A model generated the notes under the pieces. The model was not told the origin of the DNA and did not search any database. It saw nothing but the letters and a program-made list of their open reading frames with translations. Of a stretch of DNA of 64,000 nt, positions 12,081-24,975 are shown one piece after another. The translations under genes were made by a program, and so were the position numbers. Source of the stretch: Eledone cirrhosa (taxonomy: Eukaryota); assembly GCA_964016885.1 (NCBI GenBank), contig OZ024755.1, positions 35,650,001-35,714,000 of the forward strand, in the 5' to 3' direction. Each line of letters opens with the position of its first letter. The stretch's first letter is position 1.

Positions 12081-12389
12081 GAAAATATATATATATAGAC
12101 ATACACATACACACACGCATATTACATTAATGTATGCATATATGTAGCAAAATCTGTCCACACCTTGACCCCTGGGTGACATTTAATGGTCAAATTCTGG
12201 GTTACCTCCTTTTTGGCATAAACAAGTCTGTACGTAGGCAATCTGTCAAGGTCACCCCTGTGGTTCTCGAGGCAGGGGACAGAGGAAGCAACAGATATAA
12301 ATAGCCTGTCTTAGACCCAGCTAAAGACAGTTCGGAGCAGTTGCTGATAAAATAACGATGTAAAACATTTGCTTTCTACAGATCCCTTG

Positions 12390-13375
12390 AGGTCTACACA
12401 CTACAACTCTCTCCCCCTCTCTCTCTCTCCAGGTCTACACACTACAACTGTCTCTCTCTCTCTCTCTCCAGGTCTACACACTACAACTGTCTCTCTCTCT
12501 CTCTCCAGGTCTACACACTACAACTCTCTCCCCCTCTCTCTCTCTCCAGGTCTACACACTACAACTGTCTCTCTCTCTCTCTCCAGGTCTACACACTACA
12601 ACTCTCTCTCTCTCTCTCTCTCTCTCCAGGTCTACACACTACAACTCTCTCCCTCTCTCTCTCTCTCCAGGTCTACACACTACAACTGTCTCTCTCTCTC
12701 TCTCTCTCCAGGTCTACACACTACAACTCTCTCCCTCTCTCTCTCCATGTCTACACACTATAACTCTCTCCCTCTCCAGATCTACACACTACAACCCTCT
12801 CTCTCTCTCTCTCCAGATCTACACACTATAACTCTCTCTCTCTCTCCAGATCTACACACTATTACTCTCGCTCTCTCCAGATCTACACACTATAACTCTC
12901 TCTCTCTCTCCAGATCTACACACTATTACTCTCTCTCCAGATCTACACACTATAACTCTCTCTCTCTCCAGATCTACACACTATAACTCGCTCTCTCTCT
13001 CTCTCTCCAGATCTACACACGATTACTCTCTCTCCTTCTCCAGATCTACACACTATTACTCTCTCTCTCTCTCTCCAGATCTACACACTATTACTCTCTC
13101 TCTCTCTCCAGATCTACACACTATAACTAGCTCTCTCTCTCCAGATCTACACACTATAACTCTCTCTCTCTCTCTCTCCAGATCTACACACTATAACTCT
13201 CTCTCTCTCTCTCTCCAGATCTACACACTATAACTCTCTCTCTCTCCAGATCTACACACTACAACTCTCTCACTCTCCAGATCTACACACTACAACTCTC
13301 TCCCTCTCCAGATCTACACACTACAACTCTCTCCCTCTCCAGATCTACACACTATTACTCTCTCTCTCTCCAGAC
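12390..13375. repeat. Minisatellite ccag(g/a)tctacacacta(c/t)aac + (CT)n
   Basis: About 27 units of variable length; unit variant shifts from ccaggt to ccagat along the array. Confidence 0.9.
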
Positions 13376-13624
13376 TCTCACCTTCTCTTGTCACTGGTCT
13401 TCAACTACTACCATGCTGCTACCACAAACACTCTCTGCCCCCTCTCTATTTCACCGTAACCAAATAACAACAAAACATCAATTTTTATGACTTGTAGTAA
13501 TCTTATTCTTTGTTCCTTTATTGGCTGAAGTGAAGTAAATTTCAGATTTAAACGAAACCATTTATTTTGTCGTGTTATTTCACCTCTAACAACACTTACT
13601 AACTTAGCTTCGCTTCATATATAT

Positions 13625-13969
13625 CATCATCATCATCATCATTTCATTTTACGTCCACTTTTTCCCTGCTTGCAAGGGTGGGACGGGAACTGATTCTGGC
13701 TTGATTTCTACAGCTGGATGCCCTTCCTAACACCAACCTCATTTACAGTGAGTGCTGGGTGCTTTGTTTGCCGTGGCACCTCCACGACCACTTTGCAGTG
13801 GAATGATAGGGACCCCAGTCCCTATCATCTCATTTCTACAGCTGAGTAAACTGGAGCAATGTGAAATAAAGTGTCCTGCTTAAGGAAACAACACATCACC
13901 TGGTCTGAGAGTTGAACTCACAACTTTTCGATTGCAAGGCCAATGCTCTAACAACTAAGCCATGTGCCT

Positions 13970-13971
<2 letters not shown>
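13625..13971 (-). mobile_element. tRNA-derived SINE, family B
   Basis: Full-length match to family B. Confidence 0.9.
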
Positions 13972-14030
<59 letters not shown>

Positions 14031-14251
14031 CATCATCATCATCTTCGTTTAACGTCCACTTTCCACGCTAGCATGGGTTAGACGGGAGTTGTCCCACTTG
14101 AGGCAAGGTTTGGTCGGGTGACCGTGTCTCACTCATATAGGACTATCTGGCAGGTTTTCTACGGCTGGATACCCTTCCTAACACCAACCACATTTACAGT
14201 GTGGAACTGGGAACTTTTATATATATATATATATATATACACACCCACATC

Positions 14252-14640
14252 ACATGGCTTAGTGGTGTGGTTAGAGCATTGGCCTTGCAATCGAAAGGTT
14301 GTGAGTTCAATTCTCAGACCGGGTGATGTGTTGTTTCCTTGAGCAAGACACTTTATTTCACATTGCTCCAGTTTACTCAGCTGTAGAAATGAGATGATAG
14401 GGACTGGGGTCCCTATCATTCCACTGTAAAGTGGTTGTGGAGGTGCCACGGCAAAAAAGCACCCAGTACTCACTGTGAAGTGGACGTGGAGGTGCCATGG
14501 AAAAAAAGCACCCAGCACTCACTGTAAATGAGGTTGGTGTATGGAGGGTATCCAGCTGTAGAAATCAAGCCAGAATCAGTTCCCGTCCCACCCTTGCAAG
14601 CAGGGAAAAGGTAACATAAAATGATGATGATGATGATGAT
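14252..14640 (+). mobile_element. tRNA-derived SINE, family B
   Basis: Full-length match with (GAT)n tail. Confidence 0.9.
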
Positions 14641-14689
14641 CACAAACTATCAAACAGGATGATGGCAGATGATAAAAATTCGAAGGGTT

Positions 14690-14926
14690 GGAGTCCAGCA
14701 GAAAGAGAATTTGCTTCGAAATCACTAGACCTATCTGAGGAACTTGCGAATCGAGAGTCAGGTTCGATCCACAAACAGATCGCACCTCAAGCTGTTCACC
14801 AGAGAAACAATTGTATTACATAATAAATTGTGTTCCAATGCATCACTGATTCTTCGTTTTCCATATTATCATACTTTGTTCCAAAGGAACGCAGAGTGCT
14901 CAACTGGCATACCGCCTAGCAACCAT

Positions 14927-14930
<4 letters not shown>
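14690..14930 (+). mobile_element. Decayed hammerhead-bearing module (same family as 50790-51012)
   Basis: CTGAGGA 14735-14741 and GAAA-caattg-TA 14804-14815; shares gagtcaggttcgatc and gctcaa..ggcatacc with the 50.8-kb module; stem I broken. Confidence 0.55.
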
Positions 14931-14969
<39 letters not shown>

Positions 14970-14970
<1 letters not shown>

Positions 14971-15190
14971 AAGGTGTGTGGCTGAGTGGTTAGAGAATTG
15001 GATTCACAATCTTGAGGTTGTGAGTTCGATTCCTGGACCTAGCGATGCGTTATGTCCTTGAGCAAGACACTTTATTTCCCGTTGCTCCTTCTACCTGGAG
15101 TTGTGACCGATAGATAGTATTAGCAACTGGAAAGACCAACGGAAACATTGTTTCCTCGGTCCGATTTGACGAAAGTCGATCGATCCAAGA
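14970..15190 (+). mobile_element. tRNA-derived SINE, family C (second copy ~41035-41258, minus strand)
   Basis: A-box TGGCTGAGTGG, B-box GTTCGATTCC, same central domain as family B but a different 3' tail (gaccgatagatagtattagcaa..ttgacgaaag). Confidence 0.75.
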
Positions 15191-15194
15191 TATC

Positions 15195-15578
15195 ATCATC
15201 ACCGTTTTACGTCCGTTCTTCCCTGCTAGCATGGGTTAGACGGGTTGTCCTGTTGTGGGCAGTGTCCGGTCGGCTGACCATGTCTTGCTCATACAGGAAC
15301 TGATTCTGGCTTGATTTCTACAGCTGGATGCCCTTCCTAACACCAACCTCATTTACAGTGAGTGCTGGGTGCTTTTTTGCCGTGGCACCTCCACGACCAC
15401 TTTGCAGTGGAATGATAGGGACCCCAGTCCCTATCATCTCATTTCTACAGCTGAGTAAACTGGAGCAATGTGAAATAAAGTGTCTTGCTCAAGGAAACAA
15501 CACATCACCCGGTCTGAGAATTGAACTCACAACCTTTCGATTGCAAGGCCAATGCTCTAATCACTAAGCCATGTGCCT
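15195..15578 (-). mobile_element. tRNA-derived SINE, family B variant with longer RTE-type tail
   Basis: Family B body joined to tail ccgtctaacccatgctagc..ggacgtaaaac(gat)n. Confidence 0.85.
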
Positions 15579-15842
15579 ACATATATATGATATACGTGCA
15601 CACATGTGCATGTTTTTCCATATATATTCACACACACACATGTATATATATCTTTACAGACATAGACGGGGGATGTACAAATTCCATTAAAAGACAGTGA
15701 CTTCATGGGAAATCACTGATTTAATTCTTAATTTCCAGTTGGAGTGACTTCGCTCCTGGTGCACATACCCTTGAGCAAGACCAGAGAATTAAACAGTTCT
15801 TTTTTCTTCTCCATTTCCAGCTATGCAACTACTTATGAAAAA

Positions 15843-16113
15843 TAATTGTTTCTACTTTTAGCACAAGGCCAGCAATTATTCCAGTGTATTACTGGTACTT
15901 TATTTTATCGACCCCGTAATAATAATAATAATTGTTTCTACTTTAGGCACAAGGCCAGCAATTACCCAGTGCATTACTGGTACTTTATTTTATCGACCCC
16001 GTAAGGATGAAAGGCAAAGTCAGCCTCAGTGGGATTTGAACTCAGATTGTAAAGGGACGTAACTGTGCTGGAAAGCATGGCGTCCGACCCTCCACCAATA
16101 CTGCCAATCCACC
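15843..16113 (-). mobile_element. Family A SINE with duplicated 3' end
   Basis: Family A core; (TAA)n flanks. Confidence 0.8.
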
Positions 16114-16294
16114 ATAATAATAATAATAATAATAGCAATTATGTAAAGCAATAATAATTATCACTAACTGACATTTCCTAAAATCCAGAGTCATGGGGGA
16201 GACAGCTAAAACAACAACAGAAATACAAAACCTGATGAAATGAGAAAGTCCTCAATGAAATAAATAACCATAATTAAAATAAGGTTTTACATAC

Positions 16295-16396
16295 CGACTG
16301 CCCGGGGTCTTTTATCAGGATCCATGGTTAAAAGGCTTTGAATGACAGTACATGCTTCAGCTGATAATGCTTCAGGACCTTCAGGCCAAGGAATAT
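16295..16396 (-). CDS. MASTL: Internal coding exon (102 bp, phase 1/1) of a Greatwall/MASTL-like Ser/Thr kinase, subdomains X-XI
   Basis: Acceptor atattttcag|, donor |gtatgt; translates (D)IPWPEGPEALSAEACTVIQSLLTMDPDKRPRAV, matching Greatwall DIPWPEGEEKLS...LLT.D..KR (recalled from knowledge, not searched). Confidence 0.88.
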
Positions 16397-16831
16397 CTGA
16401 AAATATATTTAAATCCAATAAATTAACACATGGATAATTACAAAGAAAGAAAATTTAAGTAAGAAAAAAAAAAAAAACACGTAAATATATTTAAATTACA
16501 TCATCAATATATTTTTTTTACAAAAAAAAAAAAACAACAACAAACAAACACAAACTTAAAGAATGATTTCTCATTGAAAAGTCAATCACTCTCTGAGGCA
16601 AACAGCCATAAGTGCAGTTGTTCCCACCAGCACTAAGTTCTCTGTTTAATAAGGTGATGGAAATCATTTGGGGAACATATCTTTGCTTACACATTTGTGT
16701 CAGGGTTTCCATGGATGGTTGCCCTTTTCAACACTAGCCACTTTATAGTCCTATAAAGGTTGATTTGTCTGGCCCACCCCACACCACCATACCTTCACCT
16801 GCAACACTAAAGAGTCCTATTTACCTTACAC

Positions 16832-17528
16832 CTGGCATGTCAAACTGAGGGTCACATGGGTCCCATATGTGTTGTCTGAGGGCCACATGGGTCCCATATG
16901 TGTTGTCTGAGGGCCACATGGGTCCCATATGTGTTGTCCGAGGGCCACATATGTGTTGTCTGAGGGCCACATGGGTCTCATATGTGTTGTCTGAGGGCCA
17001 CATGGGTCACATATGTGTTGTCCGAGGGCCACATGGGTCTCATATGTGTTGTCTGAGGGTCACATGGGTCACATATGTGTTGTCCGAGGACCACATGGGT
17101 CACATGTGTTGTCTGAGGGCCACATGGGTCACATATGTGTTGTCTGGGGACCACATGGGTCACATATGTGTTGTCTGAGGGCCACATATGTGTTGTCTGA
17201 TGGCCACATGGGTCACATATCTGTTGTCTGAGGGCCACATGGGTCACATATGTGTTGTCTGGGGACCACATGGGTCACATATGTGTTGTCTGGGGACCAC
17301 ATGGGTCACATATCTGTTGTCTGAGGGCCACATGGGTCACATATGTGTTGTCTGAGGGCCACATGGGTCACATATGTGTTGTCTGAGGGCCACACATGAC
17401 AACTAATTGCGCACATTACAACTAATTTTTTAAATTTTATATTACAAAGATAAAACATGCTCGCACTGTAAAAATCTTTGTGAAGGCCGCAGGTGTGCTT
17501 GTAAAGGGCCGCATTTTTGATATACTTG
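16832..17528. mobile_element. hAT-type MITE with a 31-bp internal unit amplified ~18 times
   Basis: Perfect 8-bp TSD CCTTACAC (16824-16831, 17529-17536); left terminus ctggcatgtcaaac; unexpanded relative at 61757-61931. Confidence 0.8.
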
Positions 17529-17578
17529 CCTTACACTGTCTTTCTTTAAGCCTTTAGCATTTACATCTATATATTTAA

Positions 17579-18146
17579 CCCTTCAGCATTTAAACCAGCC
17601 ATATCCAGCCAGAATTCTCTCACTGCTTTCTGTTCAAATCGACCATATCTGGCTGCTCATACTGACATTAAAGTATTGTTCTTAAAATAAATAACATCAA
17701 AATCTCGTAGATTCGATATTATGTGAGATAAAGCCTTTACCACAAAAATACAATAGTATATATAGAGTAATGTAAATGTTATGTGAGATATTATGTGAGG
17801 TAAAGCCTTTACTGTGAAAATACAATAGTATATATAGAGTAATGTAAATGCTATGTGAGATATTATGTGAGGTAAAGCCTTTACTGTGAAAATACAATAG
17901 TATATATAGAGTAACGTAAATGTTATGTGAGATATTATGTGAGGTAAAGCCTTTACTGTGAAAATACAATAGTATATATAGAGTAATGTAAATGTTATGT
18001 GAGATATTATGTGAGGTAAAGCCTTTACTGTGAAAATACAATAGTATATATAGAGTAATGTAAATGTTATGTGAGATATTATGTGAGGTAAAGCCTTTAC
18101 TGTGAAAATACAATAGTATATATAGAGTAATGTAAATGCTAAAGGG
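17579..18146 (+). mobile_element. piggyBac-type MITE with a 72-bp unit amplified ~6 times
   Basis: TTAA-CCCTT...GCTAAAGGG-TTAA; gtaaatg recurs every 72 bp. Confidence 0.85.
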
Positions 18147-19029
18147 TTAATTTTGTTTTTTGCAGCAAAGGATTTACCTCACATAATATCGAATCTATGA
18201 GATTTTGATATTATTTATTTTGAGAAGAATACCTTAACGCCAGTTATGGCCAGTTTGAACAGAGAGAAGAGTGACTTTTGGCTGGATATGACTGGTTTAA
18301 ATGCTAAAGAGTTAAGACAATGGGATTGTAAGAGTGATTAGAAGAGTAATGAAGGAAAGCACTGGAGCAGAAGAGTGCTAGATAAGGTAGCAATGATAGA
18401 ATTACAGTGATAACTACATGTCCGTTGTCGGTACCTTGCTATGTTTACTTTATGATAGGGATCTCAAGCACACAACCCACAAACTACTTTTCTATAGTCT
18501 CATGGCAGAATAATTTTCATGACTAATTAAAGAAATTTCTAAATGGAAAATTTGTCTAATTTTATAATAATTCACATATCCCAACTTACGATCATATCCA
18601 TATTATTCTTAATTAAAAACAAAAGCCTAATAAATAATAAATGGTGGAATCAAGACCCCACCCCTCATCTCATTTTTTAGCCCACTGTCCCTCTCCCCTA
18701 TAGAAAATGGCCCTTTCAAGTCCTTGAGTTTGAGACCCCTGTTATACAACAATGTAAAATAAAGTGTTTACATTACTCCTTTACTCTTTTACCTGTTCCA
18801 GCCATCCGACTGAGTCCGTGCTGGGGCACCTTCCTATGTATTACTCTATATTTACTATTTTGATGATGTTATTGTTTATTTTAAGAACAATATCTTAACA
18901 TCAGTGTGAGCTGCTGGTTATGGCCGGTTTCAAAAAGGGGAAAGAATTCTGGCTGGATACAACCGATTTAAATGTTAAAGTGTTTAATACACATTTAAAT
19001 TATCCAGATAGATCTTTTATTATTATCAG

Positions 19030-19483
19030 AAAAACGGACAAATGCTATGTTTGTTTTAATTATTCTGATAATAATTGTTTCTACTTTTGGCACAAGGCCG
19101 CCAATTATCTCAGTGTATTACTGGTACAAATACACTGGGATAATTGCTGGCCTTGTGCCAAAAGTAGAAACAATTATTATTATCTAATTGGTGAGTTCAA
19201 ATTCCGCCGAGGTTAACTTTGCCTTTCATCCTTACGGGGTCAATAAAATAAAGTACCAGCAATACACTGGGATAATTGCTGGCCTTGTGCCAAAAGTAGA
19301 AACAATTATTATTATCTAATTGGTGAGTTCAAATTCCGCCGAGGTTAACTTTGCCTTTCATCCTTACGGGGTCAATAAAAGAAAGTACCAGTAATACACT
19401 GGATTAATTGCTGGCCTTGTGCCAAAAGTAGAAACAACTGTTATCAGAAAAATTACAACAAACATAGCATTTGTCCGTTTTTC
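19030..19483. repeat. Inverted duplication of a SINE A tail plus flank, enclosing a ~130-bp tandem duplication
   Basis: aaaaacggacaaatgctatgtttgtt (~19030) is the reverse complement of aacaaacatagcatttgtccgttttt (~19457-19482). Confidence 0.75.
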
Positions 19484-20111
19484 TTTGAAATTCTATTTAG
19501 AATTAATCTTCTACCTCTAGAACATAACCACAATCACAAACGTTATGCCCATTAGTCAGTTATTCATTATGTTGCAAATTCAACTAAACTATATGGATTG
19601 TGAAAAACTGATATAAACACAAAAGATAGAGAGAAAGGAAGTGAATTAGAAAGTTTGAATAGCTTTCGACTTATATAATTATTGTTTTATCATATAAGCA
19701 ACAGAAATAAATTATTCAAGTGTTTTTGACCACCAGCAGATTAGTATTGACAATAATACCTTCTAGAAAGCTCTCGTCAGTACTAAAAACTAGCTAATGA
19801 AGATTTAAGTTGAGAGAAAAGATAGGAAAAGATTAACAAATAGGATTTTGATATTTCATTTGCCATCGTTTGTCAGACAGAAATTAATGGCTCTGTTGAA
19901 AGAGTCTTAGAGCATTATGGATTGTTGCCAAACCAGTGACAAGAGGAGAAGGATTAAAACCTACCAGATTTATACATATAAGTGTGACAAAATTTGATAT
20001 TCATTTATTAATAAGCTTCTTTAGGAATGTATTACTAATGAGTGTTTACTTGTTTCTAAGTACAGACAGAGTTAAATGGTTAAGTATTTCATTTTATAAC
20101 CATGAAGAAGA

Positions 20112-20327
20112 GCAGTAGATTGGCAGTATCGGTAGAGGGTCGAATGCCATGCTTTGCAACATAGAGTTACAGCTCTTTATGATCTGAGTTCAAATCCTGC
20201 CGAGGTTAACTTTGCCTTTCATCCTTACGGGGTCGATAAAATAAAGTACCAGTCATGCACTGGGGTTGATTTAATCGACTTTCCCCTCCCCCAAAATTGC
20301 TGGCCTTGTGCCTATCTAAGAAACAAT
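20112..20327 (+). mobile_element. Family A SINE
   Basis: Core match; flanked by duplicated attttataaccatgaag. Confidence 0.85.
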
Positions 20328-20611
20328 TTTATAACCATGAAGTCTTAAGTTCAATCCCACAGTAAAGCAAGTTTGGTCTGTTTAAGAATAATCTTTGGCT
20401 AATCTAATTCTTGTGAGTGAAATTGAAGAGATGAAATCTAGTTGATGAGGAGGGCACGGAATTCAGTCATGCACTGCTGTATGGCTGTGAGACAGAACAG
20501 AGGCAGGCAAGATCCTTCTGAAGGTTGACCTGCACTTGATGTTGTCCTAGTTGCATTGGACATCTGCACATTGGGGCACAGTGAGGTCTTCGTCGATCTA
20601 ACCAGCTAGAG

Positions 20612-20781
20612 CAAGGTTTCCAAAACCTTTTCAAAAATGGAAACCTTTTTGGTTCAGAAACTTCTGGGGAGAACCCCAAAGTCTAACACTGTTATATGGT
20701 CATAACATAAATATACTCCTCTACCTTTTTTCACAGAACCTCAGACACTACTTTCTGCAGAACCCACATTGGGAACTGCTG
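20612..20781. mobile_element. Degenerate hAT-type MITE
   Basis: Termini caaggtttccaaaac / tgggaactgctg; imperfect 8-bp TSD agctagag/gactagag. Confidence 0.5.
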
Positions 20782-20999
20782 GACTAGAGCCAGATAAGAG
20801 TGAAGAGGGACATACCCCGAGTAAACTCAACAGAGGAGCCAACTATTGAAGTTCACAGTTATAGTGTCAAAAAAGAAACCAAAGGGATGAAAACCAGAAA
20901 AGCTGGTGGACCGCCAGAGTAAGTCACTGAGATGCTGAGATCATATGAAACAGAAGACAAATGAAAAGGAAAACAGGAAAAGGAAGAGAGGAATAAACA

Positions 21000-21545
21000 C
21001 ATATTGCTAGCCAGCCATCTCTAGAAAATATATTATTGCTAGCCAGCCATCTCTAGAAAATATATTATTGCCAGCCAGCCATCTCTAGAAAGTATATTAT
21101 TGCTAGCCAACTGACTTTAGAAAGTATATTATTGCTAGCCAGCCATCTTTAAAAAGTATATTATTGCCAGCCAGCCATCTCTAGAAAGTATATTATTGCT
21201 AGCCAGCCATCTCTAGAAAATATATTATTGCTAGCCAGCTTTAGAAGGTATATTATTGCTAGCCAGCCATCTCTAGAAAGTATATTATTGCCAGCTATCT
21301 CTAGAAAATATATTATTGTTAGCTAGCCATCTCTAGAAAATATATTACTGCTAGCCAACTTTAGAAAATATATTATTGCTAGCCAGCTGACTTTAGAAAG
21401 TATATTATTGCTAGCCAGCTGACTTTAGAAAGTATATTATTGCTAGCCAGCCATCTCTAGAAAATATATTATTGCTAGTCATCTATATAAAGTATATTAT
21501 TGCTAGCCGGCCATCTATAGAAAGTATATATATTATTGCTAGAAT
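21000..21545. repeat. ~32-bp minisatellite
   Basis: tatattattgctagccagccatctctagaaaa, about 17 copies. Confidence 0.9.
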
Positions 21546-22251
21546 AAATAATGAGGCTATTAGATGTTTCAAAATGTGGTAAGAGTATATTGTCTGATCC
21601 AAATGCTATATTTCTAACTATGGAATCTCATAACATTTACATTTCAAACTGCGGTGGTTGTCTCACATGTTTGCAAACATTAAGATTGGATCAGTTTCAT
21701 AACTTGAGTCAATATTATTTAGTTTTTAATACAATAGGGTTACAACTGGCTCCCATCTGTCTTGTCAAGTTTTTTTTTGCTTCAGGATCTTTCATGGCTA
21801 CAGGCTAGTTTTGTAATATTATAGGGAAGGAATTGTTTGTTAGATCATTGTAAGAATTAGTGTTATTTCCTGAATGTAAGACAATTCTCATTAAATATGC
21901 ATAAATTATTATTAGAAATGGAATCTTCTAGCTGTTTAGCTTTATAGTCTTATAAGACTCCATCTTATAGTGGTTTGCAAACATTAAAGTCTCACATGAT
22001 TACAGAGAGTTTACGGTGATGGGCTATTAAGTTATTCAATTCTGTAGCATTAATATCTGTTAGGCAAAAGATATGATATTGTTTTATGTAGAAAAAGATA
22101 CACAGTACTGACAAAGATATTTTTACTTGGACCTATAAAATTATACACTGTTGACCATCTTATGACTATGGCTGAATCACCAATTCTTCTTTAACTGGGG
22201 CTAAATATGCTACACCCTTCATAACTGTTGACATTATTTTTTTTATTTTGA

Positions 22252-22708
22252 GGGCAGTGGATTGGCAGTATCGGTAGAGGGTCGGACGTCATGCTTTGAC
22301 GCATAGAATTACGGCCCTTTCCATTCTGAGTTCAAATCCCACCGAGGTCAACTTTGCCTTTCATCCTTACGGGGTCGATAAAATAAAGTACCAGTAATGT
22401 ACTGGGTAATTGCTGGCCTTGTGCCCAAAGTAGAAACAATAATTTTTTTCATTTTGAAATTATAAGCACTATAAAAATATCATTCTTGAAGATATAATGG
22501 TTTCTTATATAGACACAAGGCCAGCAATTTTGAGGGAGGGGAAAGTCGTTTATATCAACCCCAGTGCATGTCTGGTACTTTATTTTATCGACCCTATAAG
22601 GATGAAAGGCAAAGTTAACCTCGGCGGGATTTGAACTAAGATCATAAAGGGCTGTAACTCTATGCTGCAAAGCATGGTGTCCGACCCTCTACCAATACTG
22701 TCAATCTG
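22252..22708. mobile_element. Two family A SINEs, tail to tail (22252-22440 plus; 22498-22708 minus)
   Basis: Core matches in opposite orientation about 60 bp apart. Confidence 0.85.
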
Positions 22709-22884
22709 CATTTAAGATATAATACAAGAAAATATGTATGGCAGAAAGTTTACATTTGTATATTAATATGGGTGATTCTTTGACTACTTTGGAGAGAGAT
22801 ACTTAACTCTTTAGCATTTAAATCAGCCGTATCCAGCCAGAATTCTCTCACCTCTTTCCTTTCAAGCTGGCTCTAGCCACCTGT

Positions 22885-23225
22885 CCATAGTATCAGAGCT
22901 GTGATCTCTCAATTCGGAGAAGTAGCAGCTCTACCTGGAGTGACTCTCCAATGATTCTTTCCTGAGACATTCTAACCACATGCCTGTAGTATCAGAGCTG
23001 TGATCTCTTAATTCAGAGAAGTAGTGGCTCTTCCTGAAGTGACTATCCAGTGATTCTTTCCTGAGACATCCTAACCACATATCCATATTATCAGAGCTGT
23101 GATCTCTCAATTCGGAGTAGCAGCTCTACCTGGTGTGACTCTCCAGTGATTCTTTCCTGAGACATTTTAACCACATATCCATAGTGTCAGAGCTGTGATC
23201 TCTTAATTCGGAGAAGTAGCAGCGA
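22885..23225 (-). mobile_element. RTE-derived 93-bp tandem (about 3.5 units)
   Basis: Same unit as 213-600 and 1325-2270. Confidence 0.8.
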
Positions 23226-24789
23226 ATTGAGAGATTATGGCTCCAATATATCACCAGAAAAACAAGATATGTATTATTTTTTCAACTAAACACAGGATAA
23301 ATTCTAAGTGGCTGAATTCAGCTCAGTATAGTATTTTTGTTTAACCCTTTACATTACTCTATATTTACTATTGTATTTTCATGGTAAAGTCTTTACCTCA
23401 CATAATTACCTCATACAATATCAAATCTATGAGATTCTGATATTATTTATTTTGAGAACAATACCTTAACATCAGTATGAGTGGCCAGTTACAGCCGGTT
23501 TGAGAGAACTCTGGCCGGTTACAGCCAGTTTAAATGCTAAAGGGTTAATTTATCAAATATGGAGGGATGAAAATTGAAACAGAATTTGAACTCAGAATAG
23601 TGAGCCAAACTAAATAATAATCTGGATTAGTATTGATTCAGTTTAACACCACCATAACTACTAGGTATCATCAATATCATCTTACCATGAGAATATAGAA
23701 GAGAAATCAATTTATCTTTACCTTGAAATGACACAATCGTGAAACTTAACTTTCTATTGTCTATATGAAAGTAAAACTTCTTTGTTTTTAACTTACATTA
23801 ACACACACACACACAAATGGCCACATACTGTTTCTTTCATATGGTCTTTTGTAGCCTGGAAGTTTATATGTATTAATTAGAATCTTCAGAAGTAGTTGTT
23901 TGAAGTGGGGGAAAATGATTTTATCAAAACATGCTACCTTCTGGTGTACTTAACAGACTTTTCAGAGGAAACATTCAGGCTAGATTGATATATACTTAAT
24001 GTCGGAACCTATTTGATATATTTTGGGTAATAAAAATTAACTTTTTCAAATAATCTGCTTATTAGGAAAGCTGCACTGCAAGGCCCGATCATGAGAAACA
24101 GAGATGTATTGGGCGCAGAGAGGGGTACATTATATTTGAATGTATCTTCATCATCATCATTGTCACCATTTAATGTCGATATTCCATGCTTGCATAGGTT
24201 AGATGGCCTGTTATGTTGGAAGGCTAGTCAAGTGAGGTGACAATGTCTTGCTCATGTGCTTACAGGGTGAATTGAGTGCTTTTTGTTGTGTCAGTAGTAA
24301 GACCATCTTACAGGGGAGACTGGGTGCTTTTTGTTGTGTCAGTAGTAAGACCATCTTACAGGGGAGACTGGGTGCTTTCTGTTGTTGCACAAGTACTACC
24401 TCATTACAGCGCGGACTGGGTGCTTTTTGCTAGAAGTATTGCAATTGCTTGTCAGATTATAGAGTTTGGTGCATTTTTAGGCTACGGCCAGCCACACAAA
24501 CCTGTAACATATCCTGAACAAGCAATGCCTGGGCTTTGAAGGTTACTTAAGATAAAACAAGATCAAATTTCATACCAGCTTATTGCTAGACAACTTACTG
24601 CATTTATGAATTTATTTGTTTGCTCATGTCTTAAGCCCGTGGTTAAATATCAAATTAAGTTGCCCCAGTGTGAGTGTGTGTCCATGAAATATATACATAT
24701 ACAGCAAGTCTGAACACAAAGGAACCAAACTCCCACTGTCATTGCTTCTGTTTCTCCTCTCCCCATCTCTCACTATTATGAGAAAATGG

Positions 24790-24975
24790 GGGCTCACACG
24801 GTGGCTGCCCCAAGGCCCAGCAGACAGAATAGAGAAGGCGTTTCCCCGGAGGATGGTGAGAGAGACGCACTGGCAGACCCATTCCAGCTCATACCTGTGG
24901 GTAGCCAACTCTGCGCTGATGGTGGTAAGTTGGGAGGTGGCCCTAGGGCCAAGCACACCAGAAGTCTCCTAGGGC
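24790..24975 (-). mobile_element. CRE-like (RLE) retrotransposon 3' fragment
   Basis: ETSGVLGPRATSQL..ELEWVCQCVSLTILRGNAFSIL, homologous to 60000-60190. Confidence 0.75.

Noticed and set aside
12390-13375. CRISPR-like look of a constant ~20-bp unit with variable spacers
   Set aside because: Spacers are only (CT)n of varying length, the context is eukaryotic and there are no cas genes.
22170-22225. YLAP peptide on the minus strand resembling kinase subdomain VIII
   Set aside because: Lacks the GTPD and E context, is followed by a stop, and has no convincing splice sites.
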